Shown piece after piece: positions 1 through 11,669 of a stretch of DNA of 64,000 bases. Within the stretch, counting starts at the first letter, position 1. Each line of letters opens with the position of its first letter. The position numbers were made by a program, and so were the translations under genes. The DNA lies in contig NW_003314263.1 of the NCBI RefSeq assembly GCF_000143415.4, positions 1,638,749-1,702,748 on the forward strand. The letters run 5' to 3'. The notes beneath the pieces are model-generated. The model searched no databases and was not told where the DNA came from. It was given only the letters and a program-made list of their open reading frames with translations. This DNA comes from Selaginella moellendorffii. Lineage: Eukaryota; Plantae; Lycopodiophyta.

Positions 1-284
1 CGTTAGGGGTTAGTTTCTCTAACCCAATTTTGCGTTGATGTCAAGTAAAAAATCATGCAACCTTATCCATTATGAATTCAGTAAGTGAGCCAGGTTTATG
101 CATTGCATCTATGTATACCATGATGTATCCTTAACAGGCTGTGGCTCGCCCGTTAACTTGATCCAACTGTTGGCAACCGTCGGATTGAGTCAGGTTCTCT
201 GCCAGAACGTGGTTGACAACTGCCAAGTTCTCTAGAACCCAGCTGCCAACTACCAGGTTTTGGAGAACCAGGCTACTAGCTGCC

Positions 285-797
285 TGTGAGACACAAAATC
301 TCTAGGCCCCAAAGTGGAGCCGGAAAGGGTGCCACGTGGTAGTGGCTGAAGTGAGAGCTAAACGAGCGTAACACGTTTGGACCAAAAGCTCCAACTTGAA
401 AAGTCAAGAGCGGGAGTGGAACTCCCAAAGAAGTGCTTGAGGAACGAGCACGAAGCGAGCAAAAAGCGAGGCTCCAAAAAGGGACTCGAGATGGAGTTTG
501 AGGTGGACCCGAGATGGACCCGAAATGGAGTCTGAGATGGAGTTTGAGGTGGACCCGAGATGGACCCGAAATGGAGTCTGAGATGGAGTCCGAGATAGAC
601 CCGAGATGGAGTCCGAGATGGACCCGAAATGGAGTCCGAGATGGAGTCCGAGATAGACCCGAGATGGAGTCCGAGATGGACCCGAAATGGAGTCTGAGAT
701 GGAGTCCGAGATGGACCCGAGATGGAGTCCGAGATGGACCCGAGATGGAGTCCGAGATGGAGTCCGAGATGGAGTCCAAAGTCGAGACTGAGACCGG

Positions 798-829
<32 letters not shown>

Positions 830-1930
830 TCGGGACCGAGAACGAGACCGAGGCCGAGGCCGAGACCGAGCCCGAGCCCGAGTTTGAGTTTGAGTCCGAG
901 TTCGAGTCCGAGTCCGAGTCCGAGTTCGAGTCTGAGAGGGTGAAAGCCCAAAGCGTTCGTCTCCCAGACCCTGGGGGGTTTGGTGAGCTCCAAAAGTATA
1001 GTAGGGGGAGGACTGCAGTGGAGCCAGTTTGGCCAGGAAAGGCCAGTTTGGCCCAGGAAGGCCAGACCCAGTGTTGGGTGATGAGCTGCCCACTAGGAAG
1101 TCCAAGACTAGGGTGAACACGGACCGGCAAGCGGGGTAGCTTGGTGAAGTGTTCAAGAGCCGGCTCTAGTTCCCCCGGGAGATCGACTGGCCGATGCTCC
1201 CAATCCAAGTGTGGGTGGCACTACCTACTTGGATACCTGGTGTGGCTCAACGGAACCCGCTCTAAGCCCATGGCTAGAGCACCCAAGGGCAGAAGGCGAG
1301 GAGAGTACCCAGGTGGCTCGCGTAAGGCCACGGTGTTCCGAAATGTTGTCCCAAAGGCCCAGACTGTGGAAAGGAAAAGGAGCAGTCCTTTGGGGTGGTG
1401 ACCAAGGACATAGTCGTGTGGTGAGGAAGTCCCAGAGGACTGTGGGACTTAGTGGTCGGGCCTGTGGGTCTCGATCCAGTGGTAATGTTGGCAAACACGA
1501 CTAGGGGCAGAAAGGGATTTAGTGGGGACTGACAGAGGGATATTGGGGAAGGCTATTCCCCTTGTCGGTGGGCATCCTAAGGATGCTAAGGAGTGGATCT
1601 GAAATGACCACTCACGGATGGTTTGCCTAGTCTTGAAGAGCCAAGACGGTGATGCAAGTGGTATTGGACTACCAGTGTGGCAAAGGTGATTGGGCATGGG
1701 CTTAGCATAACGGGTTGCTATGTCGGTGGTACCTTTGAGTGTCGGTCATGGGATCGGACACGTGGGGCACTTGGACCAAGTGCAAATGTTGAGTGGCATG
1801 GATGCCATTCTCGGGGCTAGCAAGTCCCAAGTCCTGGATTGGACTTATGGAGGTTGTGAATGAGACTCCTCCAAGTGGTCAGAGGTGTGGTTAAGTGACT
1901 AAAGTAGAATGGAAAATTTAGTCGCTCACA
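285..1930 (+). repeat. 5' LTR (1646 bp)
   Basis: Begins TGTGAG, ends CTCACA; near-identical to 6040-7603. Confidence 0.95.
484..930. repeat. Minisatellite in 5' LTR: GATGGAGTCCGA/GATGGACCCGA units, then (GAGACC)n and (GAGTCC)n
   Basis: Visible tandem units; they generate the low-complexity ORFs in the track. Confidence 0.95.
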
Positions 1931-1933
1931 ATT

Positions 1934-1945
1934 TGGTATTGGAGC
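1934..1945 (+). other. Primer-binding site (tRNA-iMet-like)
   Basis: TGGTATTGGAGC 3 nt after the LTR end versus canonical TGGTATCAGAGC. Confidence 0.75.
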
Positions 1946-4900
1946 TGTTCCTTAGTCCGACTTTTATTGGTGCTCAAGTATATCACCACTAGTGTTGGCA
2001 TCGGAAGGTCCGAGGAGTGGGCCTATCTTTGAGGAGTAGCAAGTCGGGAAGACATGGCTCTCCATTACAGTTCATGTGTGAACTTGTAGACAAGGTGGTG
2101 GATAGAAAAGGGCCAATAATGGAACGACTTTGGGATCTTAGGAATAGTGCAAGGGTTTCCTCATTGAGTTGAGGATGTGATCCGGATGAGCATTTGTCTC
2201 AGCAAATTGGCTAAGGTTGTTGTGGTAAACAACTAAAGTTGGGATCACGGGAAAGATAGAGACTCCAAAACAATAAAGGAGTCATAAGATTATCCTCATA
2301 TAGTTGAGGTTGGTGCTCATGAATGTGAGACCAAAGGTAATGACTGTGGAAGGTCAAATACGGAAGAGGACTCAAGTCCTTGAAATGGTAGTCGGGGCTA
2401 CCTTTAATAAATGCTGGAACAACCCAAGGAGTTGGGGGGTGTACTTAGAGATGAGTGGTATTCTCATCGCATGGACAAGTAGTCCTAAGGGGCAAAAGTT
2501 GCCCCCAGAGAACAAAATTAAGTGTCGGAGTAACACTTGTGAAAATATTCCTTTTGAGTAGGACAAGAATGCAAGAAGTGTATTCCAGTGAGCTAATGCC
2601 TCACAAGTAGGACCTTACGGGTCTGTGGATTAACCAAGTCCAAAACTGCTAGATGACTCAAGTAGAGTCAAGGGATGGTCCTAAAAGGACTGATGGAAGC
2701 ATTTGGACTGAGGTGTGTTGTACCCCACAAAGGATGGGGGGGGATCATAGGATCCAAGGATGAGAACAGAGGGTATCTCATCGATGGCAAAATGTGCCAT
2801 GCTAAAGTTATGGGAAAGGTGTTCCCAGAAGAAAACAACTTTGACATAAAGTTGTGTGTGACCTCTATGGGGCAGTGCTAACGGATGGTTGGCATGAGAA
2901 ACAGTGGTGTTGGTCTTGGCAAAGACTTAGACACGAAGGAGAAATGTCATAGAGGTAGGCTCGTGGAGCCGATGGTGTGGAGACACCAAATGTGCCAAGG
3001 TGTGATACCTTGAGGCTATGTTGGTGGGTTCATGAGAACCCCTTGCCAAATGAATCCCAATGGAAATGGGAATGGCATAGCCTAAGCTGCAGAGCATGTA
3101 GTTGGAGTGTGGTGACCCAGATAATGATGGAGGTGTGAAAGCACCAAGCAATGAGTTGTAGGACTTGACAACTATGAGGCAACTAAGCAAGAGGTGCAAA
3201 ATAATTGGTTAAACGGGTAGAAGGTAGCTACCCAAGCCTTCTTAATGGCATAAGGAAGTTGGATATACCCTTACGGGGGATAAGTTGCTTATGTTGCGAT
3301 ATAGTAAGTCAATGTCATAAAAGGAAATACTCATTGTCAAGGAAGCCATCATGGGGACACCCGAACACTCTAGAACAACAGGAGGTGGTGTTTGATGTCG
3401 CGAGGGCAATAGATAAGGCCCAAGGGACTAAGTCCCTAGCAAATGATGGATAGAAGGTGCTATCCAAATGTCCAAGGTGGAGAAGACACGAGAAGACTGT
3501 CTACTCGAATTGGACAAAGCCAAAAATGGAATTTTGGCAAGATTAGTGATGGGCATGTAAAGGCCCATAAGCAACAACGTAATCCCGGTGTGTGGGATTA
3601 TAAGGTGAGCATACCCGGATTGAGGAACCACTCCCTAGGCTATTGGGTAGGTTTATCCCTAAGAATGCTTGTTAAGGCATGATAGAAAGTGCAAAGCTAT
3701 CCTCCTGGTCTGGAGGAGAATGACCAAAGGAAAGGTGTGAAGCCAAAAGCAAAAAGTATGGGGGTAGAACCAAACCATAGGAATCGAAGGGCATAACCAA
3801 GGTTGGTTATGCCGGCTGGGAGTGGAGAATCAAGTGGGGGCTCGAGGGTGTTGCCGCTAGCAACCGTGATGCCATGGAGAGTCCAAAATATGGAATTGTC
3901 CATGTTAGACTATATGGTAATTGGAAAGCTTGCAAAAAGGGAGGCATTAGCAAGCTAAGGGACAGAGTTCCTTCAAGGTTCCCAAAGATGATTCTAGGTA
4001 GCTTAGTACCTAGAAAGGCCAAGTGTAAATGGTTTAAAGCACGCGTGAAATCAGAGTGGCGCAGTAGAAGCGTGGTCTTGAAGCTTGCCATGAGGCAAGG
4101 CTATCAAGGTTAGGGAAGTAGTTCCCGAGTGTTCAAAGAGAGGGCTTTGAACGAAAGTCGATGATCAAGGGCTTTCACGCTTGTGCAGGAACCATGTTAT
4201 AGTGGTCGGAGGACTTGCCAAAGCGAGATTGGCAAGTCAGGGGAACAAATACCCTAGTTGAAGGTGATAACTTCAAAAAGGGTGGGCCATGGGGCCAAGC
4301 ATGGAGGAGTCCATGCATGATCACAGACTTGTCAAGTGAGAGGACTTGGCAGTGTGGAGGAACTAGGTTCCTAAGCTGTGATTTATAGTGCGCTTTGAGT
4401 ATAAGTTGGTGCACCGGCGTGGGGAGTCACGCTAGGCATCCAGGGTGATGCCGTCCGTAGATGCATATACGAAGGTTGGGTTCGAGTCCCGACCCTCTAG
4501 TGCTTGGGTTCGAGTCCCAAATCACTAGGGCGTGGTGATGGTTTGGAATATGAGGACACTCATATTTCGGTGGTCATGGACTCTCAGTGAGGAGACTGGT
4601 TTGGGCACACTGCCAAGCGAGGGATGCCTCGGAGTCGTGATGCACGGTTAGATTGCTTAGAGTGAAAGCTCAGCATATCTAACTTGAACACTTTGGTGCA
4701 AAAGGCACCAAGGACGTGGTGAATGAGATGGGGACACCCAGTCTCAGTTGCTATGGACCCTTGGCCGGAAGGGCTGGCTTGGGCGCACCGCCAAGTGTGG
4801 GGGATGCCCCCGGGGTCGTAGTTAACAAGTTAAAGGTCTGGAAGACTTAGTACCTATTGGCAAACCTGTTAAGGTGCCGAGGTGAGATCACTAGGTGATC

Positions 4901-6039
4901 TTGTGGCTAAATAAGGACAAGGTCCTTGTTTGGGTTAAGGAATAAGGTTCCTAGTTCAAAGTGTTGATTTGAACTATTGATAATGGTGTGGCTTGGTCAA
5001 GGTGACCAAGTGGGAAAAGCACCTTAGGGAAATGAGCTATGTCATTGCGATGGCATAGTGTGTCCAAGGAAAGTAGTCTCTAAAGAGACCCATGAGAGGG
5101 TCACAAAGTTGGGCCGAGGATAGAGCCCACAGCAGAAGATGCTAAAAGAGACTTACTAGGGGTGAACACCCTAGTCTTGGCAAAGCGGAGCCTTTGCTAT
5201 GGAATCAAAAGAATACCTCAAGGAGGGAGGTAGAGATTCGATGTTGCTTGGTGCAACAATCAATGGATAGGAGCAAAAGATGAGTGGCCAAGATAGGGCC
5301 GTGGAATCCCTGGGAAGGAATCCAAGTGACAAAGTTAGGCGAGGAACACTAATGTGTTGGACGCTAACAAATTGCGGGAAAGGAAGTGTGTTTCCAAGGA
5401 TGGATTTCGAATTGCTCCGATTTGGCGAAAGTGGAAGCTCCAAGGGAGGGAGTGGTAAAGTAGCCAAATGATAAGGCGATGGACAACCCTAGCACAAAGT
5501 GTGATAAATGGAACTTAGTGCCCAAGGTGGCACGAAATAGAAGAGAGGATGATAGTGCCCTCAAGGAATGAACTTCCTAGGATAGGGAAGTGGAGTTGCA
5601 CAATCTGTGCAATGCAAGGTGTTGGAGACACCTAGGAAATTGACTTCCAAAAGTCAAAAGAGTAAAAGTTCCAAGGTGCAAACATTCAATAGATGGAAAT
5701 TGAGACTACTCAAGAAGGAGTAGTGGGATTGACTTAGAGAAGGGTCTCTAAGAGGTTGAGCAAGAACTAAACCAATAAAAGGAGAGAACCACTACATGTG
5801 GTCCAATCAATCTCTAAGTTGGAGAGACTACCCTCCTTAGAGGATAGGCAAGGCATGGTGAGCCTTTGGTGTCAAACCATTGAGGCATATGCAAAAGGCA
5901 TGGTGAGCCTTCAATGTCAAACCATTGACAAATATTGGCTAGGTGCCAAGGATGGAAATGGTAACACATGCGAGTGTTACTTTACAAAATGGTTTACCGT
6001 TCGATGAGGACATCGAACTTCGTCTATGGGTGGTGGAGT

Positions 6040-7603
6040 TGTGAGACACAAAATCCCTAGGCCCCAAAGTGGAGCCGGAAAGGGTGCCACGTGGTAGTGG
6101 CTGAAGCGAGAGCCAAACGAGCGTAACACGTTTGGACCAAAAGCTCCGACTTGAAAAGTCAAGAGCGGGAGTGGAACTCCCAAAGAAGTGCTCGAGGAAC
6201 GAGCACGAAGCGAGCAAAAAGCGAGGCTCCAAAAAGGGACCCGAGATGGAGTCCGAGGTGGACCCGAGATGGACCCGAAATGGAGTCCGAGATGGAATCC
6301 GAGGTGGACCCGAGATGGACCCGAAATGGAGTCCGAGATGGAGTCCGAGATGGACCCGAGATGGAGTCCGAGATGGACCCGACATGGAGTCCGAGATGGA
6401 CCCGAGATGGAGTCCGAGATGGACCCGAGATGGAGTCCGAGATGGAGTCCGAAGTCGAGACCGAGACCGGGACCGAGACTGAGACCGAGACCGAGACCGA
6501 GATCGGGACCGAGAACGAGATCGAGGCCGAGACTGAGCCCAAGCCCGAGTTTGAGTCCGAGTCCGAGTCCGAGTCCGAGTCCGAGTCCGAGTCCGAGTTC
6601 GAGTCTGAGAGGGTGAAAGCCCAAAGCGTTCGTCTCCCAGACCCTGGGGGGTTTGGTGAGCTCCAAAAGTATAGTAGGGGGAGGACTGCAGTGGAGCCAG
6701 TTTGGCCAAGAAAGGCCAGTTTGGCCCAGGAAGGCCGGACCCAGTGTTGGGTGATGAGCTGCCCACTAGGAAGTCCAAGACTAGGGTGAACACGGACCGG
6801 CAAGCGGGGTAGCTTGGTGAAGTGTTCAAGAGCCGGCTTTAGTTCCTCCGGGAGATCGACTGGCCGATGCTCCCAGTCCAAGTGTGGGTGGCACTACCTA
6901 CTTGGATACCTGGTGTGGCTCAACGGAACCAGCTCTAAGCCCATGGCTAGAGCACCCAAGGGCAGAAGGCGAGGAGAGTACCCAGGTGGCTCGCGTAAGG
7001 CCACGGTGTTCCGAAATGTTGTCCCAAAGGCCCAGACTGTGGAAAGGAAGAGGAGCAGTCCTTTGGGGTGGTGACCAAGGACACAGTCGTGTGGTGAGGA
7101 AGTCCCAGAGGACTGTGGGACTTAGTGGTCGGGCCTGTGGGTCTCGATCCAGTGGCAGTGTTGGCAAACACGACCAGGGGCAGAAAGGGACTTAGTGGGG
7201 ACTGACAGAGGGATATTGGGGAAGGCTATTCCCCTTGTCGGTGGGCATCCTAAGGATGCTAAGGAGTGGATCTGAGATGACCACTCACGGATGGTTTGCC
7301 TAGTCTTGGAGAGCCAAGACTATGATGCAAGTGGTATTGGACTACCAGTGTGGCAAAGGTGATTGGGCATGGGCTTAGCGTAACGGGTTGCTATGTCGGT
7401 GGTACCTTTGAGTGTCGGTCATGGGATCGGACACGTGGGGCACTTGGACCAAGTGCAAATGTTGAGTGGCATGGATGCCATTCTCGGGGCTAGCAAGTCC
7501 CAAGTCCTGGATTGGACTTATGGAGGTTGTGAATGAGACTCCTCCAAGTGGTCAGAGGTGTGGTTAAGTGACTAAAGTAGAATGGAAAATTTAGTCGCTT
7601 ACA
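6040..7603 (+). repeat. 3' LTR (1564 bp) with shorter minisatellite (~6239-6603)
   Basis: Begins TGTGAG, ends CTTACA; preceded by GGGTGGTGGAG PPT-like tract. Confidence 0.95.
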
Positions 7604-8415
7604 CTGCCAGGTTCTGGAGAACCCTCTCATCCTCGAATAATATTCTTCCACGTGTCTGTTAATAGTCTTGCCACAGCCTGTTAAGGTTGTTCCCGGGCAC
7701 GGGCTCACTCGTTCCCTCCAGAACGCACTCGCTGGGCTAATGCTCAGCTCGCCCATTCTGGGCGGGAACGTGCTCGCCCTACCTAGGAACTACCTCATAA
7801 CCAATCAAAAGCATTGTACAAACAATGACAATGTGCCACTTTTCATGGTATTTTGAAATATAAAGTTGTTATCTTTTCTTTATCAAATAAACAGGCGATA
7901 GTAAGTTTCTACATTATGAATAGTTTATTGATATATATAAAACCTAGACACTGACATGTGTTGTCATAGAAAATACTTCCTTTGATTTTAAAATTAAAAT
8001 TCAGAACAGACATTTTGTCGTGTGGAATATAAACATATCTTATCTAAGGATGGGATTTCAACAATGTTTTTCTTAGACAATGCATGAAATTATACTTTAT
8101 GGTCAGTATAGTGAAGGTTTTGTCACAGCTATTAGAGTTTTTGGTCACAAAGACAGGTTTTAGATGAGAATGCACTTATATATATATTAGATCATCCTCC
8201 TTTATGATGATCTAATTGTCTTTTGTGCTTAGATTTAGCTAAGCAATTGTTATATTAATCAATAAAAACTAATACTTTATAAATAGAAGTCTCAAACTAG
8301 ACAAACATATAACAATTTTAACAAATATTGAAACTAAAAGTTCCTAGAGTTTCAAGAAGCTCACAAAATATCAATATCTGTTTATATATTATATATGTAT
8401 GATATTAAAAGGTAC

Positions 8416-8850
8416 TTATAGGCAAATATTTGTATTTATATATGACAATGGTTTGATGCAATTTTTCCAGCCAGGACATACTGTGTAAAAGCTGTGTTGC
8501 AAGTTATTGTAGTCTCTATTGTTATAGCTTAGTGTTAAATCAGTATATCGACTAGATTGGAGTCTCACATGTAATAAATCATTATCTAAATAAACAAATC
8601 CTCCTTGACCAAAAGGAATTATACATTCATTCCATATAATATCAAATGCCTCAACAATATCATCCATAATCTTTGGATAATACGAATCAACAAAAACAGT
8701 CAGTGATAAATTATTCTGAATAAAATTTTGACGACCTGTAAGATTTTGACGGACAAAATCTAAAACATCATATTTAAGTTCACAAACATCTTTCTCATTA
8801 TATATGGAATTAGTTCTAGGAATACAAGCTTTTATAAATGGAGAGCTCAT
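8416..8850 (-). CDS. Hypothetical AT-rich intronless ORF (MSSPFIKAC...; open from 8907)
   Basis: 163-codon open frame in very AT-rich DNA where stops should be frequent; no family recognised. Confidence 0.35.
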   Translation of the reverse strand: MSSPFIKACIPRTNSIYNEKDVCELKYDVLDFVRQNLTGRQNFIQNNLSLTVFVDSYYPKIMDDIVEAFDIIWNECIIPFGQGGFVYLDNDLLHVRLQSSRYTDLTLSYNNRDYNNLQHSFYTVCPGWKNCIKPLSYINTNICL

Positions 8851-9244
8851 TCCAGATATTTTATCAATTACTAAATAAATTATAAATAAAAAAAATTTAA
8901 TTGTCATACTTAGAAATGTTAAACTTAACTTTGCAATTTCAATTATTCCTTGCTAAAAATTTCATCAAGCTTAAATATCCTTGATGGAAGGAATATACTA
9001 GGATAAAAATTGCCAAGAACCCTATCTTGTTTCAAAATAAAATAGGTTTATATGATTTTAAAATTTGCAAAAGAATGTTTACTGAGATATGTCATAAGGC
9101 TGTTTAAAGAATTACAAGAGGATAAAAGACTGACAAGGAGAGAAAAGAAAACCATAATCATTAAAATAAGGTTAATAGAAACTATTTTTGGTAAAACTTG
9201 TCTAGAAGTATCATTTAGGCATCCAATCCTAAATGCCTATGTAC

Positions 9245-10303
9245 TGTAGCGCACGTGGTTTTGACCCTTCATCCTATGGTGATTTACCATAGGATAACAC
9301 CACGAAGCAGAACCTAAACCCTCTTTATGCCACGTGACACATGCCACGTGTCCATAGTAACTAGAGGTTCAGGGCCTTGGGCCACTGAACGAAGGAACAG
9401 TGCCAAACTCCCAAGCACGAAGCCAAGGAGTGACGAAACCGAACCACAGAGCAACTCCTGAGCATAAAGCCCAAGGAGCAAAGGGACAGGAGCCCGGAGC
9501 GACTTGGAATAGTTCTAGAGTAACCAGCATCCCAATGCCAGGACCAGCATGCAAAACGGAGCCAAACGGAGTTTGGTGCTATTTCGGCATACCGGTGGCC
9601 TAACGCGAGGACATAGGTACTCCACCAGCTAGCATGGTGTGGAACTTGGGCTTAGACCCAAGCCAGATGCAAAACAAGGACAGGCACGCAAGCGGGAGCT
9701 AGACTATGCCTCAGATTGGTCAGCCATGCTCAACCTACCCACTATCCCTACTATACATTTGGAACCCCCCATAGTAGTCTTTGGGACAAGCAAGCTCAAA
9801 ACTTACTAAATATGGAATGTCCTTAAATTGTGAATTTGGACACGAGACGAACACCATTGTGTTCAGACCGATATTTACATTCCGTAGATATGCCAAATGA
9901 GCAAATCTGGACACTTTCCATAAATAGCATTTGAGACCGAAATGAGACTAACATAAAGGGCATGATAGTGAGGGTGTTTGGCAGACACGGTAAGCTATCA
10001 TGTAGCGATATTGAGGGACCAATCTTAATACGTGAGGGTTCTTGTCAAGCCAGTGCAAAACAGAGCAAAAGAAAACTAACAAGCCGGGCTGAGTATGCTC
10101 AGTTAAATAGACACTTAGGAATTCATTCCTTATGCTCATCCGGCCAAGTACAGATGCAAAGTCCAGTTTACTAACACTTGAACAAGAGGGACTAATAAAG
10201 GGTCCAGCAATACTGACTTCCTGCCATCGTGGCAGCAAGGTAAGAGTGTCCGTAAGGACTAGCCGACAGGTAACTTTCGATACCCGAAGTCACATTCGTG
10301 ACA
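9245..10303. mobile_element. Solo LTR (1059 bp), unrelated to the first element
   Basis: Starts TGTAGCG, ends CGTGACA; 5-bp TSD TGTAC at 9240-9244 and 10304-10308; more GC-rich than its flanks. Confidence 0.85.
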
Positions 10304-11669
10304 TGTACACATTAGAGGTTTTGGGTTCAAATCTTTTTTTTTTTTATAAAATAAATCTAGTTAAACTATCATTACTTTTATCTGGTTTGCAGAGTTATCA
10401 ATTAATTTATAATTATTTTTACTTTATTTGTAATAAATTTTCACAAAATAATAATAATAATATATTAATTTGCTAGGAGTTTGTTGTCAAGAAAAGGGGA
10501 AATGATGAAATTACTAAAATACTAAAAAAATGAGAAGAAAAGATGGATTTTTATGGAACACCTTGAATATAAAATCTTCAAACCCTTACTTTTATAAAGG
10601 CTTTCGAAACTAATTTGGTTCAACTCTAAGTTAATCCAAAAATTTAATCTAGGTATGGATCCACATTAATCCTAGATGCCCATCCATGTATATTGCAAAT
10701 CTTAAATTCAAATATGATGAACAAAGTTTTAGGGTTTAATCTTTATTGTGACCAAAAGCGGTAAATATACTTTTTCGTAAAGATAAAGGTATAGCAAATA
10801 CACAATAATATCCTCCTTTAATATCAAGTATCAAGCTGTATAACTAGGTTTAAAAGGTGAAAAGTATGAGTAAAGTGAAAAGTAAACCCAAAAAAGTATG
10901 AGTAAAATAAGAAGTAAACCCCCAAGTATAAAACCAATTGCTAAAGGACATGAATATAATTAAAAAAGATGAAAAGCATAGTTGATGAATAATGAAGAGT
11001 TATGTGTTGAAAAGTGTTAAGAATTATCATAAGCAAACTTCGCAAAAGGAAGGAGATCAACCCAAATATTTTGTTAATAAAATAAAGCATTAAAGATACT
11101 AATCAAGAGTATCTCATAGATATTATATATAATGCCCAGCCCTTTCTATTACAAAATAACACCCAAAGCCAAATCTAAAGCATTTATTTTAACAAAATAC
11201 AACTTTATATTGTCAAGATAAATGAAAACTAAAGTAAAAGTGAATATAGAGTTTAGGGGATTAAAAAAAGTTTGGGCATTAATGGGCATTAATCATTGAA
11301 GGAATAAGAACAGAAGTTTTTGGTAGTAATAATATCTCATAAATACATTATATCTACTTGACATATATTGTATAAAAACTACAATTTTGTCATTTTGTCA
11401 ATTTTGAATATTTCTTTCTTTGATAACAGATGTAGCATGAGAATAATACTTCGTGGGGTGAATCAAAACATAATAAATGTTTTGTCACAGTTATTGGAAT
11501 TTGCAAGAAGTGCAAAGATCATGCGAGCTGATCCGAGTAAGTTTCGTTAAAAACACGCTTACTAGAGTGTTGGTGTAACTCTAGGTTGACAATGTTGATC
11601 CGTTTTCTCTCAGGACCTATGCACGAGGAGCTCGATCGAAAAGAGTGCTGCTCATTAGCTGGGGGTAGA

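Larger units (their letters stand above)
285..7603 (+). mobile_element. Full-length non-autonomous LTR retrotransposon (LARD-like or decayed Ty3/Gypsy)
   Basis: LTRs 285-1930 and 6040-7603 with TG...CA ends; 5-bp TSD CTGCC at 280-284 and 7604-7608; Met-tRNA-like PBS after the 5' LTR; purine-rich tract before the 3' LTR; no internal ORF above ~100 aa. Confidence 0.95.
135..7680. mobile_element. Small TIR element (MITE-like, ~222 bp when empty) interrupted by the LTR retroelement
   Basis: CAGGCTGTGGC (135-145) and GCCACAGCCTG (7670-7680) are perfect inverted repeats, each flanked by TTAA (131-134, 7681-7684); the IR extends to 17 bp (129-145/7670-7686). Host sequence is 135-284 plus 7609-7680. 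Confidence 0.7.

Noticed and set aside
484-930. CRISPR-like repeat array
   Set aside because: Contiguous tandem units with no unique spacers, no cas genes, and a eukaryotic context.
276-1208. Long overlapping ORFs of 200-310 aa in both LTRs (also 5939-6881)
   Set aside because: They arise from stop-free minisatellites, are open in several frames at once, and shift frame between the two LTRs.
3205-4330. Faint integrase-like words (CQCHK...; AWRSPCMIT) in the element interior
   Set aside because: Too degenerate to call by eye; needs a profile search.
4474-4520. tRNA gene
   Set aside because: Only T-arm-like hairpins; no acceptor stem, D-arm or anticodon arm in tRNA geometry.
8416-8560. Homology between the orphan ORF (TLSY..DY..YTVC) and the lectin N-domain (TLSY..DY..YKVC)
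   Set aside because: A few short matches in AT-biased sequence; not distinguishable from chance without alignment statistics.
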